The notes under the pieces were generated by a model. It worked only from the letters and a program-made list of their open reading frames with translations, did not search any database and was not told the origin of the DNA. Shown here one piece after another: positions 9,912-20,433 of a stretch of DNA of 64,000 nucleotides. This DNA comes from an uncultured archaeon. GTDB taxonomy: Archaea > Thermoproteota > EX4484-205 > JAAOZP01. The position numbers and the translations under genes were made by a program. How positions within the stretch are numbered: the first letter of the stretch is position 1; every line of letters starts with the position of its first letter. The stretch spans positions 1 through 64,000 of the forward strand of contig CALIBN010000010.1 of NCBI GenBank assembly GCA_938045545.1, written 5' to 3'.

Positions 9912-11179
9912 TGGAGCCCAACCCCAGTCTCTAAAACCCAGCTGTAGAACCCTGGGTTAGACTTTGAAACCGAGCCCGCGTTAAGTATGGTTGTCTCACC
10001 CCCGGCCGCAGCGCCAGCCATTATAAGCATCATCTCAATCCTGTGGTCGCCGCCGGCGTCAACTGTTGAACCCCTCAGCCTGCAAGGCCCCTTGATGAGA
10101 ATCTCGTCGCCGTTGAAAAACGCTTCCACACCCATTTTTGAAAGAGCCCTTGCGATGAGCGTCGCCCTAGCCGACTCCTTCGACTCAAGCCTGCCAACAT
10201 TCCTCAGGATCGTCTCACCCTCCGCTGCCGTAGCGGCGAGTGCCAGAGCTGGAACCAGGTCCGGGTTCTCCGAACAGTCTATTACACATGCTTTCAGGAC
10301 CCCCGTGTTCTCAGCTATAAGCGTATTGCCCGACCACTCTATTTTAAGCCCCATCCGCCTGAGTATTTCAACAATCTCCCTATCCGGCTGAGGCTCGTCG
10401 ACAAGCCCATGCACCTTGACGCTGCCGCCTGAAACCGCCGCCATAGCCAATGGTATTGCTGAAAGAGAATAGTCGCCTGGAACAGTATGGTTGAAAGGCT
10501 TAGGCTCCCCGGGCTCAACCGTTATAGACTCCCCGTCCACACGGGTTTCCACGCCGTGCATGCGGAGCATTCTTAGAGTAAGTTCCACGTAGGGCTTTGA
10601 GACAAGCACCCTGTTTTTCAAAGCAACCCGGAATCCTTCTCCAAGCCTAGCCCCGGCGACCAGGAAGCCTGAAACATGCTGGCTGGACTCTGAAGCATCC
10701 AGCATAACAGTATTAGTCTTGAAGCCGCCGCTTCTAACTTTTAAAGGAGGCTTCCCGTTAGCAGAGCTTGCTTCAACACCAAGCCTGGCGAACGCTTCCT
10801 CAAGCATTCTAACAGGCCTCCTCCTAAGGCTCTCGTCACCCGTGTAAACAGCATAGGAGGGCTTAGCGGCCAAAACCGGGGCTAGCATTCTGAGCGTTGA
10901 GGCTGAGCCGCCGCAGTAAACCTCTCCAGCAGGGCTCTGGAGCACGCCGCCTTCAACAAGAACTTCGTCTCTCCTTGTTAAGACAGGAACGCCCATTAGC
11001 CTTAGCGCCCTCAGGGTTGCCTCCACATCGTCACACCTGGAGAGCCCGCTTATCCTTGAAACACCTTTGGAAACAGCTGAAATGAGGAGGCTCCTGTGGG
11101 AATAGGATTTCGAAGGTGGAGCCACATAGCTGATGCTTCCAGCCCAGCCCCCTTTAACCTTTAACACGCTACTCGACAT
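9902..11179 (-). CDS. aroA: EPSP synthase
   Basis: PPSKSYSHR, SSQ, GDYS, KES.R, DHRI; start estimated. Confidence 0.93.
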   Translation of the reverse strand: MSSSVLKVKGGWAGSISYVAPPSKSYSHRSLLISAVSKGVSRISGLSRCDDVEATLRALRLMGVPVLTRRDEVLVEGGVLQSPAGEVYCGGSASTLRMLAPVLAAKPSYAVYTGDESLRRRPVRMLEEAFARLGVEASSANGKPPLKVRSGGFKTNTVMLDASESSQHVSGFLVAGARLGEGFRVALKNRVLVSKPYVELTLRMLRMHGVETRVDGESITVEPGEPKPFNHTVPGDYSLSAIPLAMAAVSGGSVKVHGLVDEPQPDREIVEILRRMGLKIEWSGNTLIAENTGVLKACVIDCSENPDLVPALALAATAAEGETILRNVGRLESKESARATLIARALSKMGVEAFFNGDEILIKGPCRLRGSTVDAGGDHRIEMMLIMAGAAAGGETTILNAGSVSKSNPGFYSWVLETGVGLQWV

Positions 11180-12017
11180 TCGCATTCTCGTTGCACACAC
11201 CTGTCTCCACAATCCTGCCGAACCCGGATAGGGCCCTTCTAACCTTTTCAACATCCTGCGGCCTTACTACAGCAGCCACAGCAGGCCCCTTTCCGGAAAC
11301 CCCTGAGGCTATGGCGCCATTCTTCAAAGCTTCTAACGCTGGCTCCACGTCTAGGCCGAGGGCTGTTGAAACAGCAAGCCCGTTTAGAGTCATAGCCAGC
11401 CACTCCTCCCCGTTTAAAGCCAGCCTGTGGGCCAGCCTCATCAAGGGTTCAACAGGCTTAAAGAGACTAGTGTCAACCAGCCCGCTGAGCATCCCGCCTG
11501 AAGGCACGAGTATGACGACTTTAAGACTGGGGTCAACCAGCCTTCTCGCCAGGACCTTCCTCTCGAAATTATCCGTCACCACCATCCCGCCCAGGAGGCA
11601 TGCGGAAGCATCGTCGAAAGCCCCTGTCACCGACACTCCTGTCTCGATGCTCGCTTCAACAGAGTATTCAGCTGCCTCCATGAGCCCGGCTTCCCCCGTG
11701 ACTTCTTTAAGGCATGCGAGGGCAACTGCTGAGGAGACGGCGCTGCTCGACTTCAATCCTTTCCTCGCAGGTATTTCAGAGTAAATGCTTACTTCACATC
11801 CCTTCTGCACGCCGAAGTCCCCCAGTATCAGTCTGCAAACCTTTTCAGGCAGGCTGCCGGCTTTGAGAAAACTTTCTCCGGAGCGTATTCTGAACACTGG
11901 CTCTTCCATTAGCCTGCAGCTCGCCTCAACCCTCAGCCCAATCCCTAGGGCTGCGCCCAGGCCGTTTGCCATAGCGTTAACAATGCTTACGGCACCGTGA
12001 ACCATGGCCCTGCTCAA
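11169..12017 (-). CDS. aroK: archaeal shikimate kinase (GHMP)
   Basis: GLKSSSA, SVTGAFDDA, SGKGP. Confidence 0.95.
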   Translation of the reverse strand: MSRAMVHGAVSIVNAMANGLGAALGIGLRVEASCRLMEEPVFRIRSGESFLKAGSLPEKVCRLILGDFGVQKGCEVSIYSEIPARKGLKSSSAVSSAVALACLKEVTGEAGLMEAAEYSVEASIETGVSVTGAFDDASACLLGGMVVTDNFERKVLARRLVDPSLKVVILVPSGGMLSGLVDTSLFKPVEPLMRLAHRLALNGEEWLAMTLNGLAVSTALGLDVEPALEALKNGAIASGVSGKGPAVAAVVRPQDVEKVRRALSGFGRIVETGVCNENANVE

Positions 12018-12862
12018 GACCTGAGCCTCCTTAAGGCTTCATCCCTCATCTCCTCCAGCGGAGGCTTTACGCCGAACCATATTTCGAAGCTTTCAGCAGC
12101 CTGGTGGATAAGCATCTCGACGCCCGGCACGGTGTTCAACCCTTTTTCAGACGCTTCCTTGACGAGCCTGGTAGGATGAGGCGTGTAAACCATGTCTAGG
12201 AGCGTCTGACCCCTCCTCAGGAACTCGGTGGGAAAAGGAGTTTCAACGCTGCTTTCCATGCCTACTGGCGTAGCGTTGACAACAAGGTCAGCATCTTTAA
12301 GCACCTGTTGAGCATGGTCGAGGCCACGCGTCTCAACCCTCAGGCCTCTTTCCGAGAAGTGTTTCTCAAGCTCAAGCGCTCTCCCCCGGCTCCTGTTCAA
12401 CACCACCACTCTGCACCCCATTGAAAGCAACGCTAAGACAGCTGCCCTAGCACCTCCGCCGGCACCTATGACTGCCGCAACACCCCCGCCATTGAAGCCA
12501 GCGTTCCTCAAAGACTTCTCAACCCCGGCTACATCCGTGTTGAAACCCTCTAGAAGACCGCTTGTAACCCTAACGGTGTTTACGCACCCTGTTAGTTCAG
12601 CAGAATCATCAAGCCTGTCAACAAGGCTTGCTACAGCAATCTTATGCGGTATAGTTACGTTGAAGCCCAGTACCCTGTTGAGCCTGCAAAGCGATACGAA
12701 GAACCCGAGCATTTCCCCTTTTACTCTTAAGGCAAGGTAGACAGCATCTATGCCAAGCCTCCTTAAAGCCCTGTTGTGGATCGCCGGGCTCACTGAGTGT
12801 GAAACCGGGTCTCCTATGACGAAGAGCAGTCTTGAATCTGATGTTGGAAGCCACCCTACCAT
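12014..12862 (-). CDS. aroE: shikimate dehydrogenase
   Basis: HSVSP, NVTIPHK, NTD, GAGGGA. Confidence 0.95.
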   Translation of the reverse strand: MVGWLPTSDSRLLFVIGDPVSHSVSPAIHNRALRRLGIDAVYLALRVKGEMLGFFVSLCRLNRVLGFNVTIPHKIAVASLVDRLDDSAELTGCVNTVRVTSGLLEGFNTDVAGVEKSLRNAGFNGGGVAAVIGAGGGARAAVLALLSMGCRVVVLNRSRGRALELEKHFSERGLRVETRGLDHAQQVLKDADLVVNATPVGMESSVETPFPTEFLRRGQTLLDMVYTPHPTRLVKEASEKGLNTVPGVEMLIHQAAESFEIWFGVKPPLEEMRDEALRRLRS

Positions 12863-13536
12863 ACGCCCATTCTCCTGTATATTGAGACCATTCTCCTAAG
12901 GTCCGCCTGGCCTGGTGCAAGAGCCTCTCCGTATGAAGCGTAAGTCATAAAGCTTCCGAGCAGCGGCGCGAGTATTCTAGTGGCTAAACCCTTCTCCCCC
13001 ATCCCGAAGCAGACGACCCTGCTTTCCCGGATGCTGCTCAGGAAGAACAGTAGGCCCGCCTCATCAACAGGGCTCCTGACACTTGTGACAATCTTATAGA
13101 TATCCGCGTTCCTACGTTTCATTGTTGAAAGCATTTTTCCAAGCGTCTTCACGCTCGGGGTTCCGGTCCACTCGTGGCGTGAAAGAATCAGGCCAACACC
13201 CTTCTGAGAGGCCAGCCTTGAAACCTCGTCGACAATCCTGGATTTCTGCTCAACATCCACGTATCTGAAGGGAGCTTCCAATGCTTTTTCGAAAAGCCTC
13301 AGCCTCCTGTCTTCATCCCCAAGGTAAGCACCACCATCCCAGCTGGGCCTTATCGTCGCCACGCAGCCGACGCGTGACGACTCAACCGTCTTCAACAAGG
13401 CTTCATACTGCTTCTCGCCAGCATGGTCAAGCCTGAGCTCAACAAGACTGGCCCCAAGCCTCTTGGAAAGCCCTATAGCTCTCAAGACCCTTGGAACGCT
13501 GTCCGCCTTCACTGAAACGCATATTCTAGGCCTCAA
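12856..13536 (-). CDS. aroD: type I 3-dehydroquinate dehydratase
   Basis: VELRLD, MGEKG..TR, APGQ. Confidence 0.92.
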   Translation of the reverse strand: MRPRICVSVKADSVPRVLRAIGLSKRLGASLVELRLDHAGEKQYEALLKTVESSRVGCVATIRPSWDGGAYLGDEDRRLRLFEKALEAPFRYVDVEQKSRIVDEVSRLASQKGVGLILSRHEWTGTPSVKTLGKMLSTMKRRNADIYKIVTSVRSPVDEAGLLFFLSSIRESRVVCFGMGEKGLATRILAPLLGSFMTYASYGEALAPGQADLRRMVSIYRRMGVW

Positions 13537-14531
13537 AACTCGAGCATCAGCTCCCCTTCCACAGGGGTTCCGAAATGCCTTCCAACCCTTGCCGGAGAAT
13601 AGGCGATAATCCTGTCACCCGGCTTAAGGTCTCTAACGCTTATTGAGCCCTCCTGGGTTACAACCCTTATGGTTTCAGCGTCCTGCAGAAAAACCTTCCC
13701 TGTTGAACCGTTTAAACCGATCTCGATCATTCTGAGAGGCCTCTTCTCAACCTTCATCCTGCATATTGTGAGAGGCCTGGCCTCGCCCGTTCTCGAAACA
13801 GCCAGGACGACGTCTCCAGACCTAAGGTCGCTAATATATGGTGAAAAACCCCTGGTTGAGAGAACATACTGGGATACTGCTCCAGCGTTAACCCGGAAGG
13901 GCCTGGGCTTAGTGAAACCGGATTCAGACACCTCCGCCTCCACCAGAACCAGCATCGACGAGAATGCTCCTATCAGCATGCCTTCCCCAGGACTCATGGT
14001 GTCGCAGGCATCTATGCAAGCCCTGAGCCCAACGCCGGCCTCAGAAACCTTTTCGACAGCGGCCTCACGGAGGCCCAGCACGGCTTCAATACTCTTAAGC
14101 TCAACCGCGGCTCTCGAAGCCTCACTGACAGGCATGTTCAAAGCTACAGCGTCAACTCCGAGCTCAAGAGCTCTGAGGGCGAGCTTAGCCTCCTCGACGC
14201 TGGAAGCCTCAGCGACGATCATAGCCCTGCCCCTAAGCTTCGCGACAAGGTTCTCCCACGGTATAACCTTCCAGTCGGATGTTTTCACAAGTATTTTCCT
14301 AAAGCCTTTCTCCACAGCCTTCAAAGCATTCTCCTCGTCCCCGGAGCTCTTAACCTCGAGCTCGAGCACCGCTGAACCGGGGTCGACGCCCACGTAAGGC
14401 TCCGGGGGAATCCACTTCACCAGTCTAAGGCTCTCACCCCTACCCTCCACCATTCCCCGGCTTCTCGAGACAACCCTGTCCACCCCGTGAGCCTGGTTAA
14501 CATCCTCAGCGATAATCCATATTTCCTTCAA
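13533..14531 (-). CDS. 3-dehydroquinate synthase II (AroB')
   Basis: WKVIPWENL, RPFRVNAG, LQDAET, GRHFG. Confidence 0.93.
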   Translation of the reverse strand: MKEIWIIAEDVNQAHGVDRVVSRSRGMVEGRGESLRLVKWIPPEPYVGVDPGSAVLELEVKSSGDEENALKAVEKGFRKILVKTSDWKVIPWENLVAKLRGRAMIVAEASSVEEAKLALRALELGVDAVALNMPVSEASRAAVELKSIEAVLGLREAAVEKVSEAGVGLRACIDACDTMSPGEGMLIGAFSSMLVLVEAEVSESGFTKPRPFRVNAGAVSQYVLSTRGFSPYISDLRSGDVVLAVSRTGEARPLTICRMKVEKRPLRMIEIGLNGSTGKVFLQDAETIRVVTQEGSISVRDLKPGDRIIAYSPARVGRHFGTPVEGELMLEF

Positions 14532-15331
14532 GACTCAGCGACCTCCAGCGCATACTCGACGGAAGCATTCTCGTGGACAATCGCCTTCAGAGCCTCAGCC
14601 ATCCTCCTCGGATTATCGTGTTGAAAAACATTCCTGCCTATTGAGACGCCTGCGGCACCAGCTGAAACAGCGTCGCTAACCATTTTGAGAAACTCTCTGG
14701 TTGAAGAGGTTTTAGGACCGCCCGCTATAACCACGGGTATGCGCGTAGACTCTACGACGATCCTGAAAGACTCCGGCGACCCGGTGTAGTTCGTCTTGAC
14801 GACGTCGGCACCGAGCTCCACGCCTATCCTCGCGACGTGAGCAACCTCCTTTGGAGAATGCTCGTCAGCGATCTTCTGGCCCCTGGGGTACATCATCGCC
14901 AGCAGAGGCATGCCCAGGATGCTGCAGACCCTTGCGGACTCTGCTAGGAAGGCCAGTTGTTCAAAGTCTGTTTCAGAGCCGACGTTAACATGAATGGAGA
15001 AGCCGTCTGCACCCAGTGAAAGCGCTTCAAGAGGGGTTGCGCAACGAGTCTTCCTAAGCCTGTCTGAGCCGAGGTCCGTCCCGGCTGAGCCGTGTACAAT
15101 GAGCCCGAGCCTGGCTGCGTCAACCATTCTCGCCCAACCCTTGTGGACAACTATCGCGTCGACACCGCCCTTAGACAGCTCGCCCACAAGCCACGCCATG
15201 TTCTGCAAGCCCTTCACCGGCCCTATTGAGACACCGTGGTCCATCGGCACTATTACGCTTCTCCCATCCTCCCTGAAAATCCTTCTAAGCCTCCTTCTTT
15301 TACCCGGTTCCGGAACGTCCAGCATGCTCAA
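14528..15331 (-). CDS. 2-amino-3,7-dideoxy-D-threo-hept-6-ulosonate synthase (AroA')
   Basis: VPMDHG, MMYPRG, ELGADVVKT, GRNVFQ; adjacent to aroB'. Confidence 0.9.
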   Translation of the reverse strand: MSMLDVPEPGKRRRLRRIFREDGRSVIVPMDHGVSIGPVKGLQNMAWLVGELSKGGVDAIVVHKGWARMVDAARLGLIVHGSAGTDLGSDRLRKTRCATPLEALSLGADGFSIHVNVGSETDFEQLAFLAESARVCSILGMPLLAMMYPRGQKIADEHSPKEVAHVARIGVELGADVVKTNYTGSPESFRIVVESTRIPVVIAGGPKTSSTREFLKMVSDAVSAGAAGVSIGRNVFQHDNPRRMAEALKAIVHENASVEYALEVAES

Positions 15332-16368
15332 ACAAGCCTCATCTCCCTAAGCAGCTCCGCCACGAGTATCGAGCCTCCTGCAGCACCCCTCACAGTATTA
15401 TGCGAGAGAACAGCATACTTAACCGTTAAAGAGTTGCACTTGCCAACCCTCCCCACGACGACTCCCATCCCACCCTTGTAATCCCTGTCCAGCCTAGGCT
15501 GGGGCCTGTCCTCCTCATCCCTAACCTGTATAACGGGGTCTGGCGCCGAGTATAGGCCCATCCTCTGCGGCAGAGGTTTAAACTCTCTTAAAACCCTCTT
15601 AACCTCCTCAGGCTCAAAATCCTTCTCGAGCTCGGCAAAGACATGAAGCAGATGCCCGTCTAGAGTCGGAACCCTGTTCACGCTCGCTAAAACCGGTATG
15701 TTAAGCGGCCTAAATGGTTCACCGAGTATCTTAACCGTCTCAGCCTGAAGCTTCTCCTCCTCACCCTTTATGAAGGGTATTACGTTGTCAACGATGTCGA
15801 GCGACTGGACACCCGGGTAGCCTGCTCCGCTCAAGGCTTGAAGCGAGACTGTTACAACTCTTCTCAAGCCGAACGCGTCTAAAAGGGGTTTCAGCGATAT
15901 TACTAGAGGCATCGTTGTGCAGTTCGACTTCGCGACGAGAAAGCCTTTCCAATGCTTCTCCTCACGCTGCCTCTCTATCATGCTTACGTGGCTAGGGTTA
16001 ACCTCCGGGATTATCATGGGTACGAGCGGATCCATTCGGAAGGCGCTTGCGGTTGAGACGATTTTAAAACCCTGCTCCGCAAGCATGGGTTCAACTTTCA
16101 AAGCAGCTTCGCTAGGCAGGCTTGAAAAGACAAGCTCGACATCGCTTAAGGCTTCAACCCTGGTTTCCTGAACAATCATTTCTGAAGCGGGCTCAGGCGG
16201 GTCGCCTCCTAGAAGCCAGTGCGCAGCCTCCTTATACTTCTTCCCGGCAGACCTCTCTGAAGCTGTTAAAACCTTTATTTCGAAGAACGGGTGGCTGGAG
16301 AGCAGTTTCACGAACCTCTGGCCTACTAGGCCCGTGGCTCCGAGGATGGCTACGCTAATCCTCCTCAA
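15328..16368 (-). CDS. asd: aspartate-semialdehyde dehydrogenase
   Basis: GATGLVG, NCTT, QALSGAG, HNTVRGAAG; probable TTG start. Confidence 0.95.
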   Translation of the reverse strand: MRRISVAILGATGLVGQRFVKLLSSHPFFEIKVLTASERSAGKKYKEAAHWLLGGDPPEPASEMIVQETRVEALSDVELVFSSLPSEAALKVEPMLAEQGFKIVSTASAFRMDPLVPMIIPEVNPSHVSMIERQREEKHWKGFLVAKSNCTTMPLVISLKPLLDAFGLRRVVTVSLQALSGAGYPGVQSLDIVDNVIPFIKGEEEKLQAETVKILGEPFRPLNIPVLASVNRVPTLDGHLLHVFAELEKDFEPEEVKRVLREFKPLPQRMGLYSAPDPVIQVRDEEDRPQPRLDRDYKGGMGVVVGRVGKCNSLTVKYAVLSHNTVRGAAGGSILVAELLREMRLV

Positions 16369-17575
16369 CCCTGAAAGCCTCCTCAAGAAGCCTAAAAGCC
16401 TTTTCAACATGCTCCTCTGGAATAAGCACTATGAAGTAGGAGCCCAGCGTCAAGATGCCGTGTATGTTAATACCCTCCTTAGCCATGGGTGCGGAGATCC
16501 TGTATAGGACGCCAGGGGTCTCATGCAGGTCTGTCCCCCTTATGATTATTCCCCGCAGGCCCTGCCTCACCGCGAGGCCGACCGCGTCCTCGCCGAGCAG
16601 AAACTCGTCATGCATCCTTTGAACAGCCTCCTCCCCCAGCCTCCCTGAGAAGTATGCTAGGACCTCCCTGTTGTTTGAAACAACTCCGAGGAGCCTAGGC
16701 TCATCCGTTTCAACGCTTCTGAGAACATCCATGGCTCTGCCGACAGCCCTGAGGCTCCTCCCGACGAACATGACTGCTGAGACACTGCTGTTAATAATCT
16801 CCATGCTTAACGGCGGGGTTGAGGCGAGTATGAGCGTGCCACCGCCTCTTAGACTCTTAGAATCATAGCTTATCACCCTGACCTTCAGCGAGGGCGGAAT
16901 ATACTTCAGGGACGATTTATGTATGAACTTAACCCCGACGTCAGCCAGGGCTGCGAGCTCCTCGGTTGTAAGCTCCTCCAGCCTCCTGGCTGACTTCACT
17001 AGGCGTGGATCAGCCGACATTATTCCGGAGACGCTTGTAACCAGAATAGTGTCCCTAGGGTTTAGGGCTGAGGCCAGTATGAAGGCGGTTGAGTCGCTCC
17101 CACCTCTGCCGAGCGTTGTAACATTACCCTTAGGATCCTTGCCTACGAAACCAGGCACCACGACCACGTCGAACTCTTCCAGCAGGCCTCCTACAACCTG
17201 TCTGATTCTCCTGCATGACTCTTGAACGGTTATCCTAGCGTTACCATAGTTGCTGTCTGTAAGGATGGGCCAGTCGTCTTGAGAGGGGTCTAGGAAAGTA
17301 GCCTTAACACCCTTTGCCAAGAGCATGGTTGAGAAAACTCTGGCGCTAGTCCTCTCACCCATCGATAGAACCTCATCCATGAACCTGGGGTCGCCGGCAT
17401 CCTTGAAAAGCTGGAGAAGAGTATCTGTGGTCGAGCCCATGGCCGAGACGACGGCCACAACCTTGCTGCCCCTCCTAACCTCTTGGGCGACCAGTTCAGC
17501 AGCATGCTCAACCCGCTCCCTAGTTGATAGAGCCGCGCCCCCGAACTTGACAACGAGAACCTCGTTGGAACCCAT
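16355..17575 (-). CDS. lysC: aspartate kinase
   Basis: KFGG, VVSAMG, TLGRGGSD, ADPR, C-terminal ACT. Confidence 0.93.
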   Translation of the reverse strand: MGSNEVLVVKFGGAALSTRERVEHAAELVAQEVRRGSKVVAVVSAMGSTTDTLLQLFKDAGDPRFMDEVLSMGERTSARVFSTMLLAKGVKATFLDPSQDDWPILTDSNYGNARITVQESCRRIRQVVGGLLEEFDVVVVPGFVGKDPKGNVTTLGRGGSDSTAFILASALNPRDTILVTSVSGIMSADPRLVKSARRLEELTTEELAALADVGVKFIHKSSLKYIPPSLKVRVISYDSKSLRGGGTLILASTPPLSMEIINSSVSAVMFVGRSLRAVGRAMDVLRSVETDEPRLLGVVSNNREVLAYFSGRLGEEAVQRMHDEFLLGEDAVGLAVRQGLRGIIIRGTDLHETPGVLYRISAPMAKEGINIHGILTLGSYFIVLIPEEHVEKAFRLLEEAFRVEED

Positions 17576-17830
17576 TTCTCCAAAACCCCCTAAGCTTTTA
17601 ACAATAGTGGAACATTTGGTAAAAGCCTTCTCCCGAAGCCCGTGAGGCTTCAGGAGGCTCTTCGACTGGCCTCAAAGACTTGAGCATAGGGCCCCACAGC
17701 CCACTGTATTTAAAAATTTTACTTGAGAAGCCTGCTGACTATTACTGCCGTTTATAATTCCACTTTAATCACTTTAATCCAGGCGTAAGAATTTTAGAGA
17801 GTTAAACGTTGAACACGCGGTGAACACGCG

Positions 17831-19396
17831 TCACTGTTTATTATGCTTCAAGAGGAAATACTTGTAGCCTGCTACGAGAGCCTCCTCAGCAGCCTTCAAA
17901 ATGTTTGTTGAAACACCTATCGTCGTCCACCTGTTGCCGTTTGATTCGAACTCGGCTAGTATCCTTACTGACGCCGCAGTACCGGAGGGGGCGTCTATCT
18001 CCCTCACTCTGAAACCCGTTAGGGAAACGTATGCGATCCCAGGGTAGACTGGGCTTAGGGCTTTCTTCAAAGCATTGTCGAAAGCGTTAACCGGCCCGTT
18101 TCCCTCCGATGAAGCAGACATGCTGACCCCGCCGACCCTCACTTTAACTACACACTCAACGATCTGCCTGTCTCCAAGCCACGTTACTATCGAGGTCCAG
18201 TGTTCAAGCTCGAAAAGCTGCGGGGAACCGTGAAGAGCCTCGTGGAGAAGCAGGAAAAGACTTCCATCGGCATCCTCGAAGACATAGCCCTTCGACTCCA
18301 GATCCTTAATCTTTCTCAGAGCCTCCAGGATCCTCGGATCCCTCTTGTCGGCTTCAAGACCCATTTCTTTAGCTTTGGCTGCAAGGTTCGCTGTTCCAGA
18401 CTGCGAGGAAACAATTATCGCGCTTGTGCTGCCGAAGATAGCTGGATCCGTGAACTCGTAGGCCTCCCTATTCTTTAGAACAGCGTCGCCGTGGACACCA
18501 CCCTTATGGGAGAAAGCATACTTGCCTACAAAAGGCTGCCTAGGATTCTCCTCCAGTGAAGCGATGTCTCGCAGATAGCGGGAGACCGTGGATAGCATTC
18601 TCAGGTTAACATCCATCCTGTAGTTAAACCGAGCAGCCAGTACTCCTATGACCTGAACCAGGTCTGCGTTACCACACCTCTCCCCTATTCCGTTTATCGT
18701 ACCCTGCACCATCACCGCTCCGGCTTTAACAGCGGCAACAGTGTTAGCGACAGCCATACCTGTATCGTTATGAGCATGAATCCCCAGCGGGGTTTCAAAA
18801 ACCCCTTTGATATTCTTAACGACTTCGTAGACCTCCAGAGGCTCTGAAGCACCCCTTGTATCAGCTAAAACTAGGAAGGATGCGCCGGCCTTCTCAGCAG
18901 TCTTCAAGACCTCTAGGGCGTAGTCCGGGTCATCCCTATAGCCGTCGAAGAAATGCTCAGCGTCGAAAACTACTTCCCTGCCAGATTCCTTCAAATACTT
19001 AACACTATCGTAAATCATGCTAAGGTTCTCTTCGAGCGTCGTGTTTAAAACATCCTTAACGTGTAGAACCCAGGATTTCCCGAATATCGTTGCAGTCGGA
19101 ATATTGGGTTGAACAAGGTATTTTAAATCAGGATCCTCCTCAACACTGACCCCTGGCTTACGGGTCCTCCCGAATGTTGAAACCCTCGCCCTCAGCCTGT
19201 ATTTCAAAATTCTCTGGAAGAAGGAGACGTCGACCTGGTTAGTCTCGTTAGGCCATCCTCCCTCAATATAGTTTACCCCAAGGTCGTCAAGCTTGAGAGC
19301 AATCTTAATCTTATCCTCAAGAGAGAAGTTTATGCCTACAGCCTGGTTACCGTCCCTCAGGGTGGTGTCGAAAATAAGGATCTTACTCTCCTCCAA
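17831..19396 (-). CDS. cimA: citramalate synthase (LeuA/CimA family)
   Basis: DTTLRDG, FDAEHFFDG, HAHND, GERCGNA, HKGGVH. Confidence 0.88.
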   Translation of the reverse strand: MEESKILIFDTTLRDGNQAVGINFSLEDKIKIALKLDDLGVNYIEGGWPNETNQVDVSFFQRILKYRLRARVSTFGRTRKPGVSVEEDPDLKYLVQPNIPTATIFGKSWVLHVKDVLNTTLEENLSMIYDSVKYLKESGREVVFDAEHFFDGYRDDPDYALEVLKTAEKAGASFLVLADTRGASEPLEVYEVVKNIKGVFETPLGIHAHNDTGMAVANTVAAVKAGAVMVQGTINGIGERCGNADLVQVIGVLAARFNYRMDVNLRMLSTVSRYLRDIASLEENPRQPFVGKYAFSHKGGVHGDAVLKNREAYEFTDPAIFGSTSAIIVSSQSGTANLAAKAKEMGLEADKRDPRILEALRKIKDLESKGYVFEDADGSLFLLLHEALHGSPQLFELEHWTSIVTWLGDRQIVECVVKVRVGGVSMSASSEGNGPVNAFDNALKKALSPVYPGIAYVSLTGFRVREIDAPSGTAASVRILAEFESNGNRWTTIGVSTNILKAAEEALVAGYKYFLLKHNKQ

Positions 19397-19398
19397 GG

Positions 19399-19854
19399 CT
19401 AATCTTCCCTAAGCCATTTCAACCTAGGATCGCTGGCGACAGCAGGGTGATTAGGATCAACCATAACGACTTCAAACCACTTGTACACCCCGTCCTCCCC
19501 AACCCAGTATGATCCGAGAATCCTCATGTTGGGATATTTCCGGGCAGCCCTCTCCTCAGCCATCCTCTGCCTGCTCTTACCCGGTTTAAACAGGACGACG
19601 CCAAGATGCTTAGGCCTCCTTCCAGATCTTGGCCTAGGCTTCCTCCTACCGCCCTTCCTAACCCTAGACCGGACTATTATGAAACCGGGCTTAGCCCTGT
19701 AGCCGAGCCTCCTAGCAGCGTTAACGTCAGTAGGCTTCTCAACCCTGGTTACAGCCGGCTCGCGCCTCCACTCCATCAGCCTCCTCCTGCGGACTTCTTC
19801 AACGGAAGCCAGTAGAAGTTTTTCAGAATCCTTTAAAAGCCTAATCCTCTTCAT
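19399..19854 (-). CDS. rpl15e: ribosomal protein eL15 (short C-terminus)
   Basis: [38 protein letters not shown]. Confidence 0.95.
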   Translation of the reverse strand: MKRIRLLKDSEKLLLASVEEVRRRRLMEWRREPAVTRVEKPTDVNAARRLGYRAKPGFIIVRSRVRKGGRRKPRPRSGRRPKHLGVVLFKPGKSRQRMAEERAARKYPNMRILGSYWVGEDGVYKWFEVVMVDPNHPAVASDPRLKWLRED

Positions 19855-20433
19855 GCTGCGACACCCGCCTTATTAAAACCCCTTCTAGAGGGGGATGTGC
19901 ATAGCCTGACGCCTGGGCTCGACCAGCCTTAACCACCGCTACCCTGTGCTTCGAAAGCATAGCGTAGGTATCTGACCCATCCCACCTGTATTTAAGCTAT
20001 TCAGTCAGTATGCTAATCTAAATACTTCCTAGTCGTAATCCTGATGAAAAGCCTGAAATCCGCTAGCTATCAACGCTTCTACCCCTGCAGGAGGATTCCT
20101 GCACGCTTATTCTCAGCCGGCTATTCAGGGGAAGGCGGTAAGGAGGTGGAAGCTCTTCTGCACGTTTAGGCTGTCCAACCAGCTTTACACTATCCCGCTC
20201 ATCAAGCCTCCGATAAACCCCGGAAGCCCCATCAAGACCGGGGGGGACAAGGAGTATGAGCGTGGCGACGAGAGAGAAGAGAGTGAGAATTAGGCGTCCA
20301 CATGCAGTCGCCCAAGGTTTTTCAAGATTATTGTACAGTTAAAGTGAACGTCATTCGCTGGAAAGCTTGGAATAGTAAGACTTTGTAAACAGAGCACGCT
20401 TATAACTCAGACGCGACGCGATAAGGTAGAGAC

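Noticed and set aside
17809-17830. Short tandem tgaacacgcg repeat after cimA
   Set aside because: Two short copies only; no assignable function
20040-20320. Box C/D-like TGATGA...CTGA and an open frame with a hydrophobic stretch
   Set aside because: Only 5 nt between the boxes, no guide region; the frame has no start codon; no RNase P or SRP hallmarks
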